NCBI RefSeq assembly: GCF_004010195.1
Contig: NC_057751.1
Coordinates: 15,420,241 to 15,484,240 of the forward strand
Length of the DNA: 64,000 nt
DNA from: Chiloscyllium plagiosum
Taxonomy: Eukaryota
Direction of reading: 5' to 3'
Part shown: positions 53,710 through 64,000 of the stretch, piece by piece
How positions within the stretch are numbered: position 1 is the first letter of the stretch
Layout of the letters: the number at the start of each line of letters is the position of its first letter
Notes under the pieces: generated by a model
What the model was told of the DNA's origin: nothing
Database searches by the model: none
Seen by the model: the letters and a program-made list of their open reading frames with translations, nothing else
Translations under genes and position numbers: made by a program

Positions 53710-54315
53710 TTTATATTCTGTAAATATTAACACAGCGTCAAATATGAACATAAAATAGGAATATGAACACTGGGTGATGTACTGTACATATTAACCCTTA
53801 CTTTGAAATGCTCTGTGAATATTAATATTGAGTATATTCTGCAAGCTATTAACCCCCCACCACTCCCTAAAATACTGTGAATGGTAATAATGAGTGATAT
53901 ACTGTAAACATTAACATTAACAATTACTTTCAGTAAATATTAACACTCCCCACTGATGTAACCAGTGAAAATTAATGCCGAGTGATATTCTGTAAATGTT
54001 AACACTACCCCTGAAGTACTCAGAATATTAAGACTGAGTTACATTCTGAAAATATTAAAACTATCCCCTGAAATATTCTGTGAGTAATATTCAGTAAGTA
54101 TCAGTACTTTTCCCTGAAATATACTATGAATATGTGCAGAGCATTATTTTGTAAATATTAATGCTCGCTAATATTTTGTAAATATTAACATTTCCCCTGA
54201 AATATCTTGTGAATGTTAAGGGTTATATTCTGTAAACATTAACCCTCCTCCCAAAATACCCAATGAACAGTAAAACTGAGTTTTTTTTGTAAATATTAGC
54301 CTGCTCCCAAACCCT
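53710..54315. repeat. AT-rich degenerate tandem repeat, continuing at ~57680-58095 beyond the long CR1
   Basis: Recurrent tattctgtaaatattaacact..cccctgaaatactgtgaatattaatactgagt, period roughly 55-60 bp. Confidence 0.8.
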
Positions 54316-54344
54316 TGAATGGTATGTTACCTCCCTTTTGCCAG

Positions 54345-57300
54345 AGTTAGGGATGTTTTAGAGTGGCAACAACCAGCTGTCATAGCACACGTTGGTACTA
54401 ACAACATGGGAAGATAAAGAAATGAGGTTCTGTAACAGAAATTAAACAGGAAGATTACCAAGGTTGTAATCTCCAGATTACTTCCACAGCCATGCGCTGC
54501 TGAGTATAGGTATAAGAAGATATTTCTAAATTGGGGGAAGGCTAAAGGGATGGTGTCAGAGGAAGGGCTTTAGATTTTTGCATCACTAAGACAGTTTCCG
54601 ATGTACATGGCACCTGGACAAGCTGTGTGAGTTGCACTTGAACAGGAATAGTCCAATATCGTTGCTGAGGAGGTTATAAAGTAATTTGGCGGGGGGATGG
54701 GGCACAGAGTAGATGTAAAGTCAGGAGTAAGGTCCTATTAGATAAATAAGGAATGCTGGGACAGTTCAGCCGCTGCAGAATACATTGGTAGGCTAAGGCA
54801 CGTGGGAGGTCTGGAAAGCTCAACTGTATAAATTCTTTTGGATGTAGGTTCGCTGAGCTGGAAGGTTCATTTCTAGACGTTTCGTTACCCTACTAGGTAA
54901 CACCTTCAGTGGGCCTCAGGCAAAGCAATGCTGAAAATTCCTCCTTACTATTTACATGTTTGGGTTTCTTTGAGTTGGTGATGTCATTTCCTGTGGTGAA
55001 GTCACTTCCTGTGCCTTTTCTCAGGGGATGGTAGATGGGGTCTAACTCAATGTGTTTGTTGAGAGAGTTCCGGTTGGAATGCCATTTCTAGGAATACTCG
55101 TGCGTGGCATTGTGATTTGCCTGCATATCTGCTCTTCTATCACATTCTGACTGTTGGGAGGCCTGAAGTATAATCCAGTAAAGAGGTCGGCTCTTTTTTT
55201 TTTTGTCTTTCTAAACTCTACTCAGATGGCCTAATTTGCAAGGCTTTATAAGGCATCCTCCTTCATCACTGCAGTGATTATCCCCTTTATCAACAATGCA
55301 ACGCCCCCAGAGAGAAATTGGGGTTATTTTAGTCAGGATTTCAACTTGGTTAATAGTAAATGGATTTGCCTTAGTGTGGTAGAATTTTTTCAGAGGATCC
55401 AAAAACGTTTTTTGTGCCAGGACAGAGATAGTCCAATTGGAGATGGGACAGACCTAGACCTAACCGAAGGGAATGAAGCCAATCAAGTGGTTGAAGTGTC
55501 AGTGGGTGAACAGTTTGGGGATAGTGACCATAACTCTTCAAATGACATCAAAGTCAATATGGAAAGGGATAAGGATAGTGCAGAAGTGAAGTGTCTAAAT
55601 TGGGGAAGGCCAATTTCAATATCAATAGACAGGATCCGAAAGTATAAATTGGGTGCAGCCACTTACAGGTAAGACTACACTTGAAAGGTGGGAGTCTTTT
55701 AAAATAGTATACTGAGTATTTCGGGCCAGCATGTTCCTCTAAGAGTAAAGGGCAAGGAAAGCAGGTGCAGGGAACCCTGAATGTCAAGGGACAATAAGAG
55801 TTTGATAAGGAAAAGAAGGAAGCACATGTTCAGTTCAGAGTATTAAAAATGGGCAGGCCCTTCAGCAGTATTGGGTGTGTAGGAGATGCTTAAAAAAGTT
55901 AGGAGGACAAAGAGGGGCCATGAAATATCTTGCGCAGATGGGATTAAAGAAAACCCCAAGTATTTTATCAGTATATTGAAAGCAAGAGGATTACCTGGGT
56001 AAAAGTGGAGCCTTTGAGAGATCAAAGGGACAATCTGTGCATGGAACCAGAGGACATGGGTGAGTTCTTAAATTAATATTTCACATCTGTGTTCACAAAG
56101 GAAAAAGATTTTTATAGTTGGAGATTTCAGTTGGGATGGTGAAGTTCGAGAGCATGTTAAGATTAATAAGGAGAAGAAATTAGATGTGTTAGTGGACGCA
56201 GGGGTGCAAAGATTCCTAGGCCCATGATGAGATGTATCTCAGATTATAATGGGAGGCAAGGGAGGTCACAGCTGAGATATTTAATACTTTGCTGGCCAGA
56301 GGTGAAGTGCCAAATGACTACAGGATAGCGAATGTGGTTCCTTTGTTTAAGAAGGGTGGGAGGAACAGGACAGGTAATTGCAGACCAGTTAACCTGATGT
56401 CAGTGGTAGGAAAATTATTTGAAAAAATTCTGAGGGAAAGGATGAATCAATGAAAAGGCAGGATTGATCAAGGATAGTCAGCACAGACTTGTTGGCTGGA
56501 GATCCTCTTTAATTTGAATTTTTTTGAAAAGGTGAGTACATATAATGATGAGGGAAGTATAATTGATGTGGTTCATTAAGGCCATTGCCAAGGTCTCACA
56601 TGGAAGGCTGGTCCAAATGGTAAGAGCTCCGTGGGATCCAAAGCAAGTTGGCAAACTGGATGCAAAACTGACTTACAAATAAAAGGCAAAGGGTGATGGT
56701 GGAGGGTTCTTTTTTGTGATTTTGTGACAAGCAGTGTATCACAGGAATCAGTGCTGGGACCCTTGCTATTTGTTATGTACATTAATAGCTGGGATGTGAA
56801 ACACAGAAAGTATAATTAGTAAATCTGCAGATACAGAAAAGGTTGACAGTGAGGATGGTCTCAGGCTGCAGTCTGATACCGATCAGCTGGTAAATTGGCC
56901 AGAGTAATGCAGATGGAATTTAATCCTGATAGGTACGAGATGATGTATTTTGGGAGATCCAATAATAGAAGGATATACAGACTGAGTAGTAGACCCCTAG
57001 GGAATGCAGAGGAACAAAGGGCCCTTGGCGCACAGGTCCACAGATCCCTGAAGGTGTCAACACAGGGAGATAGGCTGGTGAAGAAGGCTTGCCTTAATTA
57101 GCTGGGACATAGAATATCGGAACAAGGTAATCTTGTAACAACCTTACAAAACATTGGTTCGGCCATAGATGAAATACTGTGCGTACAGTTCTGGTCACCA
57201 CGCTATCGGAAGGACGTGATTGCACTGGAGAGGGTACAGAGGAGATTCACCAGAATGTTGCCTCGGATGAAAGTCTCAGTTAGAATGTTAAAGTCTCAGA

Positions 57301-57680
57301 TAGGCTGGGTTTGTTTTCCCGGGAGCAAAGAAGGCTAAAGGATGATCTGATTGAGGTACACAGGATTATGAGAGGTACAGCTAGAGAATGTGAGAATCAT
57401 TTTCCTGTGACAGATATGTGTAATACCAGAGGGCATAAACTTAAGATGAGGAATGAGTGGTTTGAGCAATCTGAGGACTGGTAGAAATATGAAATGCAGG
57501 ACCTGAGAAGGTGGAGGTGGCAGGCACTTTTGCAGCATTTCAGAATGAGCACTTAAAATACTAAGGCCTCGTAGGCTTTGGACAATGCAGGTAAATGGGA
57601 TGAGCATAATTTGGTGTTAGTTGGTCAGCACAGACATGGCGGGCTGAAGGACCTGCTTCTTTGCTGTATTACTTTATGAT
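54345..57680 (+). mobile_element. Long decayed CR1 (ORF1 esterase, APE endonuclease, RT, 3' end)
   Basis: ORF1 SGNH-like VIAHVGTNN (~54380); APE LDL...GDSDHN (~55450-55535); RT NCRPVNLMSVVGKLFEKIL and SVSQESVLGPLLFVMYIN (~56730); CR1 tail. Many stops and frameshifts. Confidence 0.88.
54840..55105 (-). mobile_element. Penelope-like family 2 fragment inside the long CR1
   Basis: Homologous to the 5625-5780 arm; minus strand CTGAAGG-T-GTTACC-TAGTAG-GGTAAC-GAAA-CGTC. Confidence 0.72.
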
Positions 57681-58087
57681 AAATATTAATACTGAGTTCT
57701 ATTCTGTAAATATTAACACAGCTTCTGAAATACCCTGTGAATATTAGTACTGAATTATATCTTGTAAACATTGACTTTCCCCTGAAATGTCTTTGAAAAA
57801 TAATGGTGATATTCTGTAAATATTAATACTCCCCCTGAAATACTATGAATACTAACAATGATCATCTATAAATATTACCACAGTCCCAGAGACATATTGC
57901 AAATATTAATCCTGTGCCAAAGATATTCTAGAAACATCAACTGTCTCAAAGAGACAGCGGGTGAATGTGAACACTCTGGAATATATTCTGCAGATAACTT
58001 TGCAGAGATATCCTGAGAATACAGTACTGACATAGTCAGAGAGATAACCTGTAAACGGCATTGCACGATCCAGCTCATGTCCTGTGA

Positions 58088-58375
<288 letters not shown>

Positions 58376-59184
58376 TGACTGACACAATCATATAAAACTC
58401 TGCCGTTCCTGTCCCAACTTGCATCAAGTCCCATTCATCTATCAGTCCTGTGGTTGGTGATTTACACAGGCTCCTTGCAGGGTCTGCAGGGTCAGGAATA
58501 GAAATCGTGAGCTGCTCCTGACTGAAGCACAGCAGCCCCACCTGTACCTGGCCATAGTGGGCCCTTTGGGACTCCAGTCCCTGGTTAATGGGGTCCGAAG
58601 GACCTCTCTCATATCCTGGGCCCCTGCTTCCCAGACACGTACAGCCCAAAGTAAAATGCTCATCATTGTTTTCTTCTCCCTTCCCAGCTGTGGAATCCCC
58701 TTCTCAGCCCCACCACCCTCCTCGATCTCTTCACTCCTCCACCTTCAGCCTCTTCACCCTCCCTCATTTGAATCACTTCTCGGACTGAAGCTCTAGAATT
58801 CCCACTCTATACCTTTCCCATCACTCTGCCTCTCTTTCATCATTTAAATGATGACCTTTTTAACAAGCTGTCAAACATCTAAACCCCATTCTCTTCATGT
58901 GACACAATGACAAATTTAGTTTGATCATGTTCCTGCCTCACAGCAACATGATCAAACTAAACATGACATAAAACCCTGCAAAGAGATATTTTGTCAACTG
59001 ATTAAATATCCTAATTCACAGAATCTCCCAATTTATTCAGTGTCAATTTTCATTTAATTTATTATGTTGAAGACACCATTTAAAAGGAGGTTAATGTTGT
59101 TGTAGCACTCAACCCATCAATTAAGATCCCAAAATTTCTGCTGCCTTCATGTGGGCAGAATGCCCAGTAATAAGTCGTTATCCT

Positions 59185-59512
59185 TTATCTAACCCTATGC
59201 TGTCCCTGTCTTGACAGTGTTTGATGGGGGACAGTGTAGAGAGAGCTTTAGTCTGTATCAAACCCCGAGCTGTCCCTGTCCTGAGAGTGTTTGATGGGGG
59301 ACAGTGTAGACAGAGCTTTACTCTGTATCTATCCCTGTGCTGTCCCTGTCCTGGGAGTGTTTGATGGGGACAGTGTAGAGAGAGCTTTACTCTGTATATA
59401 ACCCCGTGCTGTCCTGTCCTGGGAGAGTTTGATGTGGGACAGTGTAGAGAGAGCTTTACTCTGTATCTAACCCCGTGCTGTCCCTGTCCTGTGGAGTGTT
59501 TGATGGGGGCAG
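59185..59512. repeat. 69-70-bp minisatellite, ~4.7 units, upstream of the last exon
   Basis: tgtcc(c)tgtc anchors at 59201, 59271, 59341, 59410, 59479. Unit ctgtatctaaccccgtgctgtccctgtcctgggagtgtttgatggggacagtgtagagagagctttact. Confidence 0.93.
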
Positions 59513-59571
59513 TTCAGTGATTCTCCAATTTCCGTTCCAAGTTCCTGTTGTGGCGAGGTGGGGAAGGTTAA

Positions 59572-60162
<591 letters not shown>

Positions 60163-60273
60163 AGTCAGCGACGGGAGGGGAAGGGGGAAGGGGGAGGGCG
60201 GGCGGTGAGGGGTGGGGGTAAATGTGGGCAAAGGGAGGGGAGAGGAGGCTAAACCAGCGTCAGAGCCACTGTG

Positions 60274-60279
60274 AATAAA
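60274..60279 (+). promoter_or_regulatory. Candidate proximal polyadenylation signal
   Basis: AATAAA 112 nt after the stop codon, followed by a T-run and a GT/G-rich tract. Confidence 0.45.
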
Positions 60280-62204
60280 ACAGTCTTTTTTTGCGGGGGT
60301 GGGGGGCGTGGGGGGGAGGAGGGAGATGTTCAGCGATTGGAATAGTCTTCACCCCCCCCCCACCCTCACCCCTACCTCTGCCACCCCAAAATATTCTGTA
60401 ATTCTTATAACCAATAGGGGAAACGGTCATGGGGACAACAGGGGATCAGACATACCAACAATCATCCAGAGACAAAATAGGTAGTGGAGAGGGGCACTGA
60501 AGCTTCCACATCCAGACAGTGCTGATCTACCAGACATGGACATTCTCCCATTAACACATGGGCCCACTTCTGTCCTGTATATTTGGATACCCAGTCTTAC
60601 AGCAACTACGCAGCACAGAACACTTGAGGTGCCCTGGCATTGGCACAGGGTGGTCAGCCCATTCACTTGAGCACAATGATAGCACAATGTATCCCACTAC
60701 TGAATGTGCCCCCCACAACTCCCCTCTCTCTGCAACATCCTGTTCTTCTCGCGAACTTTTAAAGTGATTTGATCAAACATCCCAGGCGTTGCCACTTTCA
60801 ATGTGATAAGCACAATGTAGTGAAGACAAACCTCAACCCATTTGATCGAAACGCACAGCTTGTCCCCTGGTTTTCCGTTGATTTATGTACGGAAGATCAG
60901 AGAGATTCGATTATTTACCGGGAGTTGTACAGGCCCAGGGCTGGATCTGAAACATCTCCCAACACCAGTTAGTCCCAGTGGGAAAATCTCTGCCCATCTC
61001 CCTGTCAACTCTCCATTGCAGGCAGTCCTGGAGGGTTCTTCATGGGAGTTCCTGTTTCCACCCAGCTGCCTCCCTCAAACAAGAGCCCCTCGAACATTAA
61101 CACCTCTGATGTTTTTACAACAGCAGTATGCTAAATAATTCAAAAATGATGCACAATTTGTGAAATGCCCAGCTGACTTCACACACTGTCCCATTCCCCC
61201 ACCCCCGCCATCGTTTGTGCATCAGGAGATTAACTTTCCTATTCCCGTTCACACTCCACTGCCCCTCCCGCTAGCAAAATGTAGCAACCTGACAGAAAGG
61301 GCACCTCAACATGCGACCACTCTGAGGAACACAGGAACTGGAGGAGGCCATTCAGCCCTTTGAACCTGTTCTATCATTCAATTCGCCCATTCCTAGTCTG
61401 AATCCTAACTCTAGTTATTCGCTTATGTTCCGAGCTCTTTAATAATCTTGTCTGACAAATAACCATCAACGTTGGTTTCAAAGTTTTCAACTGAGCCCTA
61501 GCCTCAATGTACTTTTAGCAGAAAGTCCCAGATTTATGCGTCTCTTTGTATTCAAGACACACTTCCTGACATTAAATGCTACAATGCCGCAGGTTTAGTT
61601 TTAAAGGTTTACCCCTTGTTCTAGATTGACACGTCCTGCCTTCAAAGGCCAGTTTCTCTCTATTGACTCCCTCAATCATCTCAATTAAATCGTTCAGCAA
61701 AGGGCAGACTCTCACGCCATTATTACGTGCATTAAACAAATCTTCCTGATTTCTGCAATCATTTGCGTCAAATACCCACTGGCCAGAGCTGAAAGGAAGG
61801 GCAACTCAACTTCTGGGTCACCCCAGTGGACCGAGCACATTGACCAGCAGCTGGAAAGTCAAAGGGCCAACCTCAATCTCGTATCAAACTGGGAATAGCC
61901 CAGGAGGCCAAGTCAGTGAACTGTAGAAGTGACAGAGAGAATTCTATCGCTTGTACTGTGACAGAACAAATTTGAATGGGAGGACGGGGTGACTAATACC
62001 TGAGGTTTCCAGTTCAACAGTGAAGATTGTGGTTAATTTTCAGGGTTAGTCAGACACTGCCATCTGGTGGTCACAACTGGATGCACATCGAACTTCATCC
62101 CAGAACAACCTTTTTCGATTGAAAGTGGGGGCTGATCAAACCTCCTGTTGCGACCTTGTGCACCCTTTAGCAACTCACATTTCCTTTGCAACCCCAAGTG
62201 CACC

Positions 62205-62432
62205 TTTCCTGGTATCCCGGCCAATAATTAATCCTTGGTCCTGGCGAATGTTTATCCTTTAGCCACCAGCAGCAGAAACAGATCTCGTTATCTGATCATC
62301 ATCATATTGCTGTTTGTGCTAGCGAGCTGTGTGCTTCCCACATAACAAAAGTTACCACACTTCAAAAGCTGCTTCATGGGTTCAACAGCGTTTTGGAAAG
62401 TTCAATGGTCATGACAGGTGCTATACAAATAT
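62205..62432 (+). mobile_element. DeuSINE-like 3' part
   Basis: aaacagat...tatctgatcatcatcatattgctgtttgtg...cacacttcaaaagctgcttcatgg, as in the 3.6-kb copy. Confidence 0.6.
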
Positions 62433-64000
62433 TTTCTGCTGTTCACCATCTCCCACTCTCCACATTATCTACTACACAAGTATAAGCATCTTGTCTGTGT
62501 GTATCTCTCCCCCAGTCCTCATTCCAACAATTTACTCTCATATCCTCCAGTACCCCTACACCTGATAGCTGTGAGTCCACACATTCTCCCTCACCCGCTC
62601 AGTCACTGCCCGGTTTCTGCTTCCTGACTTCCAGCATCTCCTCCCTGTTCTGTGCCTCTGCTCACTCTCTGAACCCAGAGTCAGGAAGGAAGCAAGCACT
62701 CAGCCCAGTGGTGTGACTGAATTCCATACGTATCCTCTTTGCACTCTCTTCCTCATGGGATTATATTCCCACGCTCAGAGTCCCGCAACGTCTTGCATTG
62801 GGTTTAACTACAAGGCTGGACCTTGTAATGTAAGGGCTGGCCCAGTTATCACTCGATGTAAATTGTTCAAGCCTCAGTGTGCGGTTTGGGCCCACATAGT
62901 TCATTGATCAATAGTTGTAAATTGCCCCACAGGAGCACCCTTGAATTGTGAGAGACGAGTGCAGACTAAGAAGAGGCGATATGACAATGGATCCAATGGT
63001 CATCTCTTGCACTGTAGCATTCCACAACCAGGACCGGTGAACAAAATCTCGATCAAAGAGCTATCTTACAAAAGGGGAGCAAGGTAGAGAGGTGCAGTGG
63101 AGTAGGGGATAGAACATCAAAGCTCAAGGCCCAGGCAGCTGAAAGCACAGCAGCCAATGGTGAACCAAAGGAAATGATGGGAGGCTGGAAACGGAGATTC
63201 CAGAGGGTTGTGGGGCTGGAGGGACAGTGGAGGAAGGAAGCCAAGGCGGGGAGGGGGAGGGGGTGGAATTCAAATACAAGGATTAGAATTTTAAAACTGA
63301 CCTCCTCCACAAAGTAACAGTCATTGAGAAACAGCAGGTGAGAGGAGAAATCAGGAATCAGTGATGGGATGACATGAAGCCTAGGTATTCCAGTCTTTGG
63401 AATGACGAAGGGAAGGTATGAGACTCAAGGAAAGAGTGTGACAGAGTGGAAGGTGGTGCTTTGAGTATTAACTCCAACATGGCGAAGGCATAAAGTTGCT
63501 GGTTGGACAATAATCTCATGAAGCACAAAAATATGTTAAGAAAGTCCAGAGACACATTTTGCCTAAGTAGCAGGTGACATTATAGGATCTGCTCCCAACA
63601 GAGGTCACCTCTGCTCTAGGACCATCCCAGAAAGTCCAGGGATTAAAGGCTAAATTCAAGGTCACCCTATAAACAAAACTGGAAGGAAAAGAAACGTTGG
63701 GATATTCAAAAAATGTGTGGTTTTCAAAAATGAATACCTGAAACACTTAGACCTATTAACCATATAAAAGCATGGGTGATGAGGAAGTGAGGCTGCTTGA
63801 CATAAACTTAGACTCATCCACTGACACTGAAAAGGCACAGCACTGAGAGGGTAGAGCAAAGATGGAGCTGGGTTGGATTGGGTAGGGTTGCGACAACAGG
63901 AACCATGTGACAAGCAGTATGTCCAATCAGAGTTGGCAATCTGAATTCCAAAGACCCTCCTGAAATAGTTTTAAAACCCTGGGTCAACAATCACTTGAAA

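Overview
Eukaryotic, repeat-rich vertebrate DNA, most likely from a cartilaginous fish (shark), judged from HE1-type V-SINEs, DeuSINE-like elements and abundant CR1 fragments; the species cannot be determined from sequence alone. The only protein-coding gene I can support is PHYHIP on the + strand: four GT-AG coding exons (44007-44171, 53307-53481, 58101-58218, 59625-60162) splice into an intact 996-nt CDS (331 aa). A GC-rich region near 7.7-8.6 kb looks like its promoter and first exon and carries a near-consensus REST/RE1 silencer. A candidate 5' exon at 28701-28785 sits in a TGCATG cluster, and RFX X-box motifs lie in the long upstream intron(s). The rest is decayed CR1/L2 LINEs, tRNA-derived SINEs, a truncated Gypsy element plus a solo LTR, three or four families of Penelope-like fragments carrying minimal hammerhead-ribozyme cores (often as palindromic or inverted insertions), and 33-bp and ~69-bp minisatellites. 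Repeat family names and comparisons to human PHYHIP come from recall, not database searches, and repeat boundaries are approximate.
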